Origin: Raja brachyura | Taxonomy: Eukaryota | Length of the DNA stretch: 64,000 nt | NCBI GenBank assembly: GCA_963514005.1 | Contig: OY740814.1 | Coordinates: forward strand, 16,244,001 to 16,308,000 | Direction: 5' to 3' | Shown here: piece by piece, positions 13,341 through 25,495 of the stretch | How positions within the stretch are numbered: position 1 is the stretch's first letter | Layout: the number at the start of each line of letters is the position of its first letter | Notes under the pieces: generated by a model | The model's input: the letters and a program-made list of their open reading frames with translations, nothing else | Database searches by the model: none | What the model was told of the DNA's origin: nothing | Program-made: the position numbers and the translations under genes

Positions 13341-15019
13341 GACATGTTGACTGAGCTCTTATTGTCTCTTTACGCAAGTTGTTTTTGTCTTCATTGTGTG
13401 GTCAGAACTTTACATTGTAAATTGTACGTTTGAACAGACTTGATCTGGAGCCAATAAAATATATTTACAATATTTACTACTCACTACTCAACAATTGAAT
13501 GTCTTTTACATTTGGCTTGTGAGGTCCTTTCACAATGTGGTGCAGAGTTTAACGTGTTAACAGTTACAGTTGTGAAATACTGCACTATGAAATTCTTCTG
13601 CGTGACTGCCCTCGTTTGTTTCTTTGGGATATTAAATGGCGTTGCAAGATGAGGTGTCTGAAATGAATTTTGCTGATGACTAGCTTTCCTTCCCCAATGC
13701 TGGGCTGTCTGTTAGCAAATGATGAGATGTGTCAGATTGGAGTTATAGTAGAGTTTAGAATGCCATGGATCATTTTCTGTGGTTCTGCATTGGGGAAAAC
13801 AAATATTATGGGCCTTTTATAACTGACAGCTGGTCTTGTAATGTTTACCCAATGTGTCCAATGTGATGTTTTGTTTTAAAACAGGACTGGGCATGAACCT
13901 GCAAAAAATCCCGGGGTACTAGTTAGTAAGTGTTGATTGCACAGTGAAAACAATCCTAAATTCACAGATTCCTAAGTGAATGGGCCTGATAATCCAGTAC
14001 TTGAATTTTGATAAATTTGATACAATAAAATCACTTGCCAACAGTGAAAAGAAACCGAAGGGAGATAGATTTGCATTTTTATAATGCTTTCACAAACTTG
14101 GATGTTCTCAAGAGATTTACAGCTAGTGAAGTAATTTTAAATTGTAATTAGCATTGCTTCTGCGGAAATTAAACAGCCAATTGTGTACAGCAAGCACTCA
14201 CAAACTACGTGATCATTGAATGATCAATTAGGCTTGTGTTGAGTAAAGATTAAATATTGTCCCTTCATCAATCTGAAGAAGCGTCCCAACCCAAAATGTC
14301 ACCTATGCATGTTTTCCAGGGATTCTGCCTGACCCGAGTTACTCCAGCACTTTATTTCCTTTGAAATATTGTCTGGTGTGCTCTAGAGATATCGCTTATG
14401 TCTTTAAAGTAGTGCCCATGGCCTTCTGCATTCACCTGCAGGAACAGATGTGTGTAGATAAAATATTTATAAAGCTGGAAAAGCTTGGGTACAGATGCAT
14501 GGACATCACGGCTTCATTTGGCTCCTCAATGTGCTTCGTCATTCTGTTGGATCATGGTTAATCTGTGCAACGTGTGCTTGTTCCAACCCTTCCTTCACAT
14601 TTATGATCCAGGGTTGGCTCAAGATTCCATCAGTGGTGAATGTGCCTTCAGCTAACTAGACCTTAAACTCTTGAATTCTCTCCAGAGGCTGGTTACCCCG
14701 TACAAGCTCAATGAGAAATGCATATGTAGTGAATATAAAAAGGATTTAAAATCCTCTGAGCCAGGCTGGGGTGGATCTTGAGGTGGAGCCTCATGCTCAG
14801 CAGGTACATCCAACCAGGTGCTGGAAAGGTTACAGCATAAGGGGGTAGAGAGAGTTCTGTGATGGCAAATTAGACAGGAAAAAGTAACTGTGGCCAAGGT
14901 TGTACTCTGGTTACAGGTTTGTGACTTGTATTCACACCAATGTTCAGATATGTATAAATACTTGGGTTGAAGATTTTGATTAGTGTAGTTGGGTTGGATA
15001 TTCATTTTGTGCCCATAAG

Positions 15020-15620
15020 AACATATGGAATATAATCATATGAAGACTAACTGGTTCCTTGAACCTGCTCCATCGTTCATGAGATCGTGGTTCATCTATC
15101 TCAGCAATGGCGATATTACATAATTCTTCCTCCACAGCTCCCAGAAGACTGAAGGTTAATGGCTGCCTGAAAAGAAATTCCTCCTTAAATAGCTGATCCT
15201 CTTATCCTGAAACTCTGCTCCCCTAATCCCCACATGAGGAATCGCCCTCTCATCGTCCACCCTGAATCTTAAAATGTTTCTCCTTCCTTTCTTCCAAAGT
15301 ATTGTCCCAACGTGAATTTTTCCTCATTCGACAACACCTTCATCTCTGTAGTCAACTTCACAAACCTTCTCTCAACTGCCTCCAAAGCCAGAATATCCCT
15401 CTTCTTCAGGGGACTGAAAGTGTAAACAGTGTCGGGTGCAGTCGAGCCAACACCCTGCATAGTTGTGGTATATCGTGCTTACTTTGTATATCATGGCCTT
15501 TCAAATAAAGGCCAGCATTCTATTTGCCTATCTAATTACTTGCTGTACCTGCACGCGAATGCGAACCATCAGCATTTCACGTAAAAGGCCACCTAGATCC
15601 TCTGAGGCATAGTGTTTTGT
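15020..15620 (-). mobile_element. Degraded CR1-like fragment
   Basis: KRDILALEAVERRFVKL in track ORF 15269-15460; aaggccagcattctatttgcc. Confidence 0.7.
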
Positions 15621-15837
15621 TGTCTCTTTAGTACTTAATTTAAGCTCTATGCTGCTTGTCTGTTCTATTCATCCCTCATTTGACCACATCTGTGGTTACC
15701 TGAACAATCGGGAGGCTCAGTGTCTGTTTTTGTTCAGTCACACTCCTGTGAAGTACCTTGGGATAATTTACTTGGAAATGTAGGATTATCTTTGAGAAAA
15801 AGTGAAGGTCTGATGGAAATGTATCACTCTTCAACGT

Positions 15838-16120
15838 TTAGTTTAGAAGTACAGTGTGGAAACAGGCCCTTTGGCGCACTGTCTGCGCCAAGCAGCAATA
15901 ACCCATACATTGGCCCTATTGTACACACCAGGAAAAATTTACAGTAGCCAATTAACCTGCAACCCACACGTCTTTGAAGTGTGGGAGGAAACCAGAGCAC
16001 CCGGCGGAAACCCATGCAGTTATAGAGAGAATGTACAAATTCCGTACAGACAGCTCCATGAGACAGGGTTGAGCCCAGGTCTCTGGTGCTGTAAGGCAGC
16101 AGCTCTACCACAGTGCCGCA
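15838..16120 (-). mobile_element. HE1/V-SINE-like SINE
   Basis: Reverse complement of the 12654-12945 family. Confidence 0.85.
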
Positions 16121-16646
16121 CGCCGTCAGTAACTATTATAATCAAATCTTGTGATCTCTTCGAGATACACTTACATTGTCATCTTTTTCTGTCACCCATT
16201 GTTAAATTAACACCAATTTATTCAAGATATAGATTGAGGTACATATATTCTGCATCAATCAATGTTTTCAATTTATGCTTCTCCTAATATCTGCAGAAGT
16301 CAGCAATTGAAAATACAGTTGCTTTAAAATTTTAAGTTGCTGCCTTTTTCTTTTCAGGGTTAACTGAAGTATTATTTGTTGCTGTTACTGGCTGTTCAAC
16401 TTTTGGGCTAGTAGTTTGGCTGCTCATTTATTCTTCAACCAGTAGTTCCAAAAACCCCCACACGTGCATTAACAATCGACTATTCACTTTCAGTATTGGT
16501 GATTGAGGATTCACTACTGATGATGGCACCCTTGCTTTTCAAATCGTGCAACAGAGTCTGAGAGGAAGATCAAGTATTTATCTGTTTAGCATGGAAGAAA
16601 GTAGAGAAAGCAGCAGGAATAGCCAATTGACCACTCAAGTATGCTC

Positions 16647-16871
16647 GAAGATGGACAAAAATGCTGGAGAAACTCAGCGCATGAGGCAGCATCTATGGAG
16701 CGAAGGAATAGGTGACGTTTTGGGTCGAGACCCTTCTTGAGCCTGAAAAAGGGTCTCAACCCGAAACGTCACCTTTTCCTTAGCTCCATAGATGCTGCCT
16801 CATCCGCTGAGTTTCTCCAGCATTTTTGTTTACCTTCGAATTCTCCAGCATCTACAGTTCTTTCTTAAACG
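16647..16871. mobile_element. Fold-back Penelope-derived short element, 13-bp TSD
   Basis: Inverted arms; ctcaagtatgctc at 16634-16646 and 16872-16884. Confidence 0.9.
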
Positions 16872-17416
16872 CTCAAGTATGCTCCGTCATTTACATTGTC
16901 TTTACATTGTGAAACTTCAGAATTGGAAATGGATCAACTGGAAGGCCTCAAATGTTCTTTGTGCAAATGACAACCAGTTAGGTTCTAACATAGTGACATG
17001 GGTTTTTGCTCCAGTAACTGACAATGATGATAAAGATGAGGCGGACATATAACTCCTCTTCTGTCCACTGCTTGTGAAACAAAAAGGTTTTTTCCAGATG
17101 AGCTAGTCCTGAAAAGGATTTTAACAGCTATATTTTTATTCCAACTGCCCTCTCCTCCCAGGCTTTCTTGTTCAATATTCTTTATAAGTAAGCATTTAAA
17201 AATAAGTCAATTCTTACTTTTTAAAACCACTGATTTTCCTCATGGTATTTTTTCAGTTTTCCACAAGTTGATCTGAAATCCCCGAGGACTTGAACATTGT
17301 CCTGGCTGGTGACCATTAATGATCTTTGTGTTCCTTAATGAGTGTCTACCGATGGGAAGGGCTCAGCACTGTCATACATCAGTTAAATAAAGCACAATTG
17401 AGTAACTGTGATGAAC

Positions 17417-17778
17417 AATAACCATATAACAATTACAGCACGGAAACAGGCCATCCCGGCCCTTCAAGTCCGTGCCGAACAACTTTTTTCCCTTCGTCCC
17501 ACCTGCCTGCACTCATACCATAACCCTCCATACCCTTCTCATCCATATGCCTATCCAATCTATTTTTAAATGATACCAACGAACCTGCCGCCACCACTTC
17601 CACTGGAAGCTCATTCCATACCGCTACCACTCTCTGAGTAAAGAAGTTCCCCCTCATGTTACCCCTAAACCTCTGTCCCTTAATTCTAAAGTCATGTCCT
17701 CTTGTTTGAATCTTCCCTATTCTCAAAGGGAAAAGCTTGTCCACATCAACTCTGTCTAGCCCTCTCATCATTTTAAAC
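17417..17778 (-). mobile_element. CR1-like LINE 3' end (ORF2 C-terminus plus 3'UTR), fairly young
   Basis: FKMMRGLDRVDVDKLFPL..TRGHDFRIKGQRFRGNMRGNFFTQRVVAVWNELP..FKNRLD. Confidence 0.92.
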
Positions 17779-18274
17779 ACAATGAAAGGAACCATGCAAC
17801 TGTAAAGTTTAATCAATTTTATTTAAAACGGAAATCATGAAGGAGGTTGCACAACCAGAGTAGCCACCGCTTCTTTGAAGGTTCTGATTATTTTGGTAAT
17901 TGGCATCAGCCAAATTTTACGGTATGTGGGCATGAATTTTATTATGGAACTGCACAGCTGCACTATTTGGGTCCGTTTCTGTTTGTGTTAATCCAATTAT
18001 ATTTTCTCTGATTGTGCTTGTGCATTTTCTGCCTTCAAGGACAATTACACAACACATTTTTCTTTGTATATTGAATTATTTTGAAAATCCTCAGATGGAT
18101 TAGGATAAAAAAATATCCTGAACTATTCTTGCTCTTGTTTATGAATGCTGTCTTCTTCCTAACTGTAGATAGGTTCCTTGTGTGCATCCAACAGTCCTGG
18201 TTTGATCCCTACTCCAAAGGCACAGTCTAGGCTGCTATCCCAGTCTAGCACTAAGAGAGTATCGCGTTGGAATG

Positions 18275-19125
18275 GCAGTCAGTGTCGATGGATACATCAG
18301 GATGTAGATCAGTTACAGATATAGGTGGAGAAATGGTATATGGAGTTTAATCTGAGCAAGTGCGAGCTGTTGCACTTTGGGAGGTTGAATGTAACGGGGA
18401 AATATAGAGCTAATGAAGGCAGGACACAACATTGATGTACTTGGGGGATTTTGGGGTCCAATTCCATATCTCCCTGAAAGTGGCAGCACAGGTAGATATT
18501 GGTAAAAAAGGCATATGGTGTGCTTGCTTCATCGGTTGGGGTTTTGAGTGTAAAGGGCCTGTCCCACCAGCATGCAACTCTATGCGATTAGCGCGACCTA
18601 ACGTGGTCGCTTGAGCCGTCCGACGTCGCGGGGCTGGTCCCACTTCGATCGCCGGAGCCGTGCGGAATTGTGCGGAGTTCGTCCCGACACCGCATGGGGC
18701 TCCGAAAACCCGATTATGTCCAAAAATTCCGCACGGCTCCGCGATTTACACACCGCCCCGACATCGTGCCTCCGTGACCCTCTATGTGTGTGGCTCCGTG
18801 GCCCTCTGTGTGTGTGTGTGTGTGTGTGTGCGCCTCGGTGCCCCTCTCTGTGTGCCCCTCTCTATCCTGGCGAACTTACCTTGGACTTTGCTCCAAGTTC
18901 GCCTCACTTTGCGCCGCGTTGCGCCACTCACCCGACCTCCGCGCGGCCCCTACTGCCGGTTTGGTTGCGCTTGCCGCATGCAGGTGGGAACGGCCCCGTA
19001 CAGGGGATCACCCGACCTCCGCGCGGCCCCCGCTTCTAGTTTGATCGCGTACATCGCATAGAGTTGCATGCTGGTGGGACAGGCCTTTAAGAGTCGGGAA
19101 GTCGTGTTGCAGCTGTGTAGGACTA
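18275..19125 (+). mobile_element. CR1-like LINE ORF2 fragment split by the MITE at 18554-19087
   Basis: KWYMEFNLSKCELLHFGR; gagtgtaa|gagtcgggaagtc rejoins across the MITE. Confidence 0.8.
18554..19087. mobile_element. PIF/Harbinger-like MITE inserted in a CR1 fragment
   Basis: TIR GGCCTGTCCCACCAGCATGCAACTCTATGCGAT at both ends; TAA at 18551-18553 and 19088-19090; GC/CpG-rich; internal (GT)n and duplicated cacccgacctccgcgcggcccc. Confidence 0.88.
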
Positions 19126-21035
19126 GACGAGCTTGTTCCCGAGCTGTACTCTCCTTTGTTTGGTGCTGCTTTTTGAATGAAAAGCTGCATCTAGGCTCTT
19201 TCTGTTTTCTCAAAATCAGAAATGATACAATTTGAAAACCTTCCTGCTGCTGGAAATATGAAATAAAAATTGAAGTAGCTTAAACAGCATTTTGGCCGAG
19301 TAAAGAAAAGGAGTTAAATTTTTCAGTTGTAGATCATTCATCAGAACTGAACAGTGAGTAAAGAAGGTGGAAATTGCAGAGAGGATGGGCAGAGGTGGAT
19401 AGAATAAAGGTAATATATCCTTGGGTGGTATCAGCTTTGCTGAGATGACTTGACATTTTTACAGACCATTTTGTTGGATTGATGGGGGAAGTTGCAGCAA
19501 AAACAAAATAAATGAGATGTAGTTCAGAAACCTGAAACCAAAGGAGAGAAAAAATCACCCCTGCAGGTCAGGCAGTGTTTGTGGAGTGAAAAAAAAGCTA
19601 GAGTTAACTACAATGAGAACTAGCCAGTTCTGATGCATATAGGAAAAATAGTATCTGAAATTATTCCCGCCCCTAAGAGCATGACTGAGTTGATGAGGGT
19701 GCAAGTCAGGTTTGATGGATGGCGCAGACTTGGTGGGCAGTTGAGCCTGTTACAGCCTGTGTGACTCTGACATGGAACTCGCTCTCTAACAACACCATAA
19801 GAGCATCTTCAGCAGATGAGCACAGTGATTTAAGAAACTGCCTTCCGCCTTCTCAAAGGTTATTCGAAATGGGTGACAAAAAACAACTATTGTGATGCCC
19901 AGATAGTGGAAAATAAATGCAATATTTGTTCGTTTATTGCTATGACCTTGCAGTTTGCACTGAGTAGATTTGACAGGGTGAACGAGTACCTTAAGTACAG
20001 ACTGACCTCTTGGGATTTGTGCTCTGGCAACAGAGGCCTGCATTGTATTTGCCTTCAGTGTCTTGCATTGTGTTGTCATGGAGATTGAGAGTTGGGCAGT
20101 AATGTAACATTATTATAACATTCGAGCAATTTAGACTACATTATTTGTGACGCTGGTACATGAACTAAATCATTTGTTTTTCTTACTGCTTTTGTATAAA
20201 CATAAAAGGAAATAAAACCAGAACATTGCTCTCTGTGATCCTTTCCTCTTGGAATTCGGTTCCATTGAATTTCATGGAATTCAGATTCAATAGAACTGAA
20301 TTCCAGGAGGAGAGCGCAATAGACTAAAATGGTCTGGATTGATAGATTTCCATCCCTGAATTTACCCCACAAATCAAGCCTTTTAACATATTTCTCTCCC
20401 ACCTTTTCTCCTTGTGAAATCCAAGTTGTACCTCTTTTTCCCCCATTCTGACCAAAGTAAATCCAAAATGCTGATGGCTTCTGTTTCCACAAACACTGAA
20501 CTGCTGAGGTGCTTCCACCATTTTGTATGTACTTCAGAATTCCATCGTTTGCAGTTTAAAAAAAATATATTATAATGGTCTTGCTGTTTTAAGTACTTAT
20601 GTTTGAAATTCTGTAGTCCCTAACCTCCATTTACCCCATTGACACAATTGTTGTAATATGTGATTTTTCTATCACATTATGTTTCTTATGAATTTTCTGT
20701 AAAAATGGCTGCATGATCAAGTGTGTTCATTGCCACCTGCATTTTTACTATCCCATTTTTTGTCGTCTTGCTGAGTTGAATATTCACATCATTGGCTGAA
20801 TTGAATTTCGTCAATGGTCTAAGCATCTGCAGTTGAAAGACCAGATTTTTAAAAGAGCCACATGGTTGATGTAATAAATTGTCATTGTGTTTTTTTGTAT
20901 AAATAAAAATGAAACATTTCCAATCAGATATTCAGGGGTGTTTATTCAGTTGTTTAGTAAAACCAAAATACTCAAGTGCCGTCTATATTTGATAGAAAGA
21001 TATTAGTTTGAAGTTGTTCAAGTATTTATAGAAAA

Positions 21036-21172
21036 CTAGATCATGTGGGACCCGTTGTGTCCCATTGCGGGGGGTGGGGGCGCTGTGTACGCACGCACAA
21101 ACGCATTATATCAATATTATTCAGTCGCTCCTATTACCCCAGCCCCGCCTATCCACTCATGCATAGCCCCCA

Positions 21173-21207
<35 letters not shown>
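21036..21207 (-). mobile_element. Probable mini non-autonomous Helitron
   Basis: On the - strand: A|TC..hairpin TGGGAC/GTCCCA (21046-21064)..CTAG|T, with no TSD. Confidence 0.55.
21176..21207. repeat. (GA)n microsatellite
   Basis: About 15-16 perfect units. Confidence 0.95.
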
Positions 21208-21209
<2 letters not shown>

Positions 21210-21802
21210 TCGATCTATTAGTGTCTCCAAACTGAATGGCTTGTTAATTACTTTCAGCAGGGACTGAAATCTCTCACAGGATAGACTGGACAAGGTTCCT
21301 CCCCGATAGATTTCCGCCCCTGAACCATATTAGTGAACCAGATGGTAGGTTTTAGTGAGGGCCTTTGATGTTTATGATCACTAATAACCAGCTTTTTAAA
21401 TTACCTCGTGGAAAGTAATATTCATGGTGTGATGTGTATTTGCTGTGCCATGAGTAGGGACCTAATGTGTAATTTGTGGTTTACAACCACCATACTATTT
21501 TTGGAATGGGAATTTGGGCTGGAGTTGGAGATTAGTTCAGCTATAATTAGGATGTGAAAACCTATAATTGTGGAACTTTCTGAGAAAATAGTGTTTCTAA
21601 AACAAGCCCAGTAATTGTGACTTGGGTGACCAAATTGAATGTTTGCAAGTAAGGCAGTAGCTGGTATTACTGTAAAGACAGAAATTTCCATACTCCTGTC
21701 GCAACTCTGACGGAAAATATGATGGCGAGAGAGAAGCTTGAGGTACTTATTAAGAACTCGTGTTCATGCAACATAGGTTTGCAAGCCTTTTGTCCATATG
21801 TA

Positions 21803-21853
21803 ATGGACTGCGTTTGGTTTGAACTCTTGTTTCGTAACACGCAAGTTAAAGTG
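21803..21853 (+). CDS. Candidate first coding exon: MDCVWFELLFRNTQVKV
   Basis: ATG at 21803, open to GTG|gtaagt with a phase-0 donor that joins 34408 in frame; weak resemblance to the MMNCWF start I recall for a UACA isoform. Confidence 0.3.
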
Positions 21854-21864
21854 GTAAGTTTGGA

Positions 21865-22390
21865 GACACAAGACACTGGATGCTGGAATCTTGAGCAAAA
21901 CAAAAGTGCTTCTAGAACTTGGCAGGTCAGGCAGCATCTGTGGAGAGAGTGGTGGACAGATGTCATTTCGGGTTAGAAGCCTTGTTCAGACTGATGGAGT
22001 AGGAGGGAGATAGCTGGAAAAGACAGGTAGTGGTAGGGAAAAGCCTGATATAACTAAGGGGGTAGACACAAAATGGAGTAACTAAGCAGGACATGCAGCA
22101 TCTCTGGAGAGACGGAATGGGTGATGTTTCAAGTTGAGATCCTTCTTCAGACTGAAGAAGGGTCTCAACCAAAAACTTCACCCGTTCCTTCTCTCCAGAG
22201 ATGCTGTTTGTCCTGCTGAGTTACTCCGGCATTTTATGTCTATCTTTGGTTTAAACCAGCATCTGCAGTTCCTTCCTAGACACAAGTGAGGGGGTAGCAG
22301 GTGATTGGCAGGTGGGTGAAGATAATGAGACGAAAGGTGAAAAGGAGACAAAAGGGGGAGGGATAAGGGAAAATTGTGAATGAAATGTGG
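21865..22390 (-). mobile_element. Older Penelope pseudo-LTR copy containing a nested fold-back copy (22066-22288, 9-bp TSD)
   Basis: agggggtag at 22057-22065 and 22289-22297; inversion centre ttcttcag-a-ctgaagaa near 22150. Confidence 0.8.
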
Positions 22391-23767
22391 GAAAAATAAG
22401 AGTGGAATTTAAAACTGGAGGAAGAGATATGGGTGGAAGAATGGGAACCCTAAAAAGAAATGGGGACTGCGATGGTAGGGATGGGATTTGAGGGGTGAAG
22501 AGGCGAGGACAAGAATAGTGACGGGGTGATGGGCTGTGGTGGGAGAAGTGTGTGCATATGTGTTGTAAGTGGTAACTTTCTCTGAAGGCAAGGCTTGAAT
22601 AACATAGCTGTTGAATCCGATTATTAAAACATTTCTCCCAATTTTTTAAGATTAAAAAAAAAACTCTGCTCAATTCTTCCAGCAGTTTATGTTTTGCTCA
22701 AGCTTCCAGTATCTGCCGTCTCCTGTGTCTCTAATTAAAGACCATTGAATTTGATTGAGTGGGCTCTTGTTTTTACAAAGACCCGTGTGTAGTAAATAAT
22801 CGGTCCTATGTTTCTCCTCCTCTCCAAACTCTGCAGGATATTTATCTGTGTGTTCTAATTTTTTCACTGCCATGTTTGCCGTCCTTGGCTCCAGTCAGTG
22901 TTGAACCCAACAGCAGAAACATGAGCCTTTGGAGTGGTGCAAGTCCTGTTTGCATTGACGTTAAGTCTGGTCCTCAAACCCCAGTGTTTTTAGGTGCAGA
23001 GTTGAGATAACTAACAAGTGAGCTAATTTACTATTTCTGTACAAATGCTAGAATTCCTCAGTGCAGTAAGCCTCTTTCTGGCGATTTGCAGGAATATTTT
23101 GGCCACAGGGGCAGACGATAGCATGACATCTTGTATTTCTCCTGAAATTATTTGAGCATGTGGATTGGCTCCATCCCCACTGTGCCCTTGCCCACTGGTG
23201 CCCTGGCTGGTGGTTATATCCTTGTTAGGGCCTGTCCTGTCTCATCCCATGCCTGATGTCACCATAAATTCCATGAAATTCCAGCAAGCTAATTATAACA
23301 TTTATTTTCATTGTGGTGCTGTATCACTTTCATACAGTTACTGCAGAAAAATGGAGGTAATGCAGGGGCTATTTCTAAGTTGCAGTAGTAGTAGCTAAGC
23401 CCAGTAGAATTCTGTTGCTGTAATAGGGTACATGAGTTGCTGTAAGCCTATGATCTAATCCCAGCAATGGTTTGAAAAGGGTCAAGCGGTTTACATTACT
23501 TACATCTTGTTTTTGCTTATTGGCATGTTCACTGAACAGACGCATCTCATCAAGCAGAACTACATGCTAGAGTTTACAACCATTGTTTATTGTATCTGTG
23601 CTCTGATATACATGATCACATTTAATAAACAATTTAAAGTATTGTGACTTTCGACAAGGCGAGTTTGTGCTTTCATCAAGTTTGCAAGCTATTTATGATC
23701 AGCAATGATGAGTTGAAAAAAACAAAATCTAGATTGTTTCATAATGGTTGAGTCGGGGCACAAGCTA

Positions 23768-24061
23768 ATGCCCCGTCCCACTTGGGAAACCTCTGGAGAC
23801 TTTGCGCCCCACCCAAGGTTTCCGTGCGGTTCCCAGAGGTTTTTGTCAGTCTCCCTAATGGTTTCCGCTTCTTCTGTGTTCCAGCGATTATTTCAAAAAA
23901 AAATTGAAAAAAACCTCCGGGAACCTGACAAAAACCTCCGGGAACCTGACAAAAACCTCTGGGAACCTGACAAAAACCTCCGGGAACCGCACGGAAACCT
24001 TGGGTGGGGCGCAAAGTCTCCAGAGGTTTCCGTTCAGGTTTCCTAAGTGGGACAGAGGCAT
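23768..24061. mobile_element. MITE with Harbinger-like GTCCCAC termini and an internal 21-bp tandem repeat
   Basis: ATGCCCCGTCCCACTT..AAGTGGGACAGAGGCAT; about 80-bp inverted arms; aaaaacctccgggaacctgac x3-4; TA-rich flanks, exact TSD ambiguous. Confidence 0.85.
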
Positions 24062-25009
24062 TAGTATTTCTGTAGGACCTTTCAGAACCTCATATCTCGC
24101 CATGTTACAGCCAATAAGTATTATGGGAACCAATTCTCAGGTAGCATGATGTCAAACAACAGCAATGTTGTAAAGTCTGGTTTATTTTTATCTTGTTTCA
24201 GGGATAAATATCCTCCTCTTTGAAATAGTAATCCTGGGGCTTGCACCCACGTGAGAGGCACTGTTAAACGTCTCACTAGGAGCATGAAACCTTTAAAAGT
24301 GCAATTTCCACATAGGCATTTTTTCAAAAAGGAAAGTCTTAATTATGTGTTTTCTTTCATCCCTGCTGAGGCATGGGTTTCGTCATTAAACTATTGACAT
24401 TCGTAAAGGCACGCTAACCAAATGTGAAAATAATTGGTAGGTGGAATATAATGAGGTTTCCTCCCACATCTCAAAGGGCTGGCTGGTCGGTTAATTGCTG
24501 TTGGTGCATTGGTGAGTGATGAAGATGGGGTGGGAGTTGTCCAGAACAAGACTTGAAACTTGAACAAGTTTTTAATCATGCATGATGTGGCACTGATTCA
24601 ATAATGCAGGGGCTCCCTGGGTTACGAATGACCTGACTAGTGGAAAGTTTGACTTCCTGCAAATAGTTCCATACATTTTTAAAGCATTTTTCAAGATAGC
24701 GATAGTGTTTCATGGTATTCATTAATGATTGGATATGGTATATAATCCATTAGTTTAATTATGTGTAGTGTTAGGGTATATATTCCATGAGATGAAAGAA
24801 TTACAGGAGGTGTACGTTGAGCGACATGATATGGGTGGTTGCATAAACAGAATTTACTGATTTACGGAGAAATTGGTCACAAGACAGTTGTTGGGAATGG
24901 AACCTTTGTGTAATCCTAGGACTGCCTTATCATGCGGAATGAGGTTACCCGATTTAGTAGGAATCCAAAATACAATATTGTTTCAATGGAGATAACAACA
25001 GAATGCTGT

Positions 25010-25495
25010 ACAGAGGGATCTGTTCCGGAAACAAAAAGTTAGCATGCCAGAAAAGCAAATAGTTGGGAAGGCAAATTAAAGTTTAGCCTTTATTTCAAAA
25101 GGGACAGAGTGTAAAAGTTACAAACCCTGCCAGAACTGTGGGTGATGATGAGATCTCCGGATGAGGCATTGTATATAGATTTGATTGCCTTATTTGAGAG
25201 GGGGGGGGGGGGGGGAAGAGTTATTAAAGCCTAGGAAGCAGTTCAAAGAAGATGGCTCTGGTTGATTCTGGGATGAATGGTTGTGCTATTAGGAGCGATG
25301 CGCAGGTTGTGGTCAGTACTCCGGGGGGGGGGGGGGGGGGGGGTTGAATGAGGTGATAGTATTGAAACATAAGATTCTGAGGTGTCTCAACAATATTCAG
25401 AAAGTTAACTCTTTGGGGGAATCTTAAACTGGTGGCAGAGTCACAGAATACGGAGTTGCCTATTCAGGATGGAGGTCGGCAGAAAGCATTTCTTG
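25010..25495 (+). mobile_element. Degraded CR1-like fragment with two poly-G runs
   Basis: gggaaggcaaat..agcctttatttcaaaaggg, gaagcagttcaaagaag, attgaaacataagattctgagg; G runs at about 25200-25215 and 25323-25343. Confidence 0.7.

Noticed and set aside
23739-24149. Repeat-protein ORFs (REPDKNL, KTSGNLT)
   Set aside because: These are translations of the MITE's 21-bp tandem repeat.
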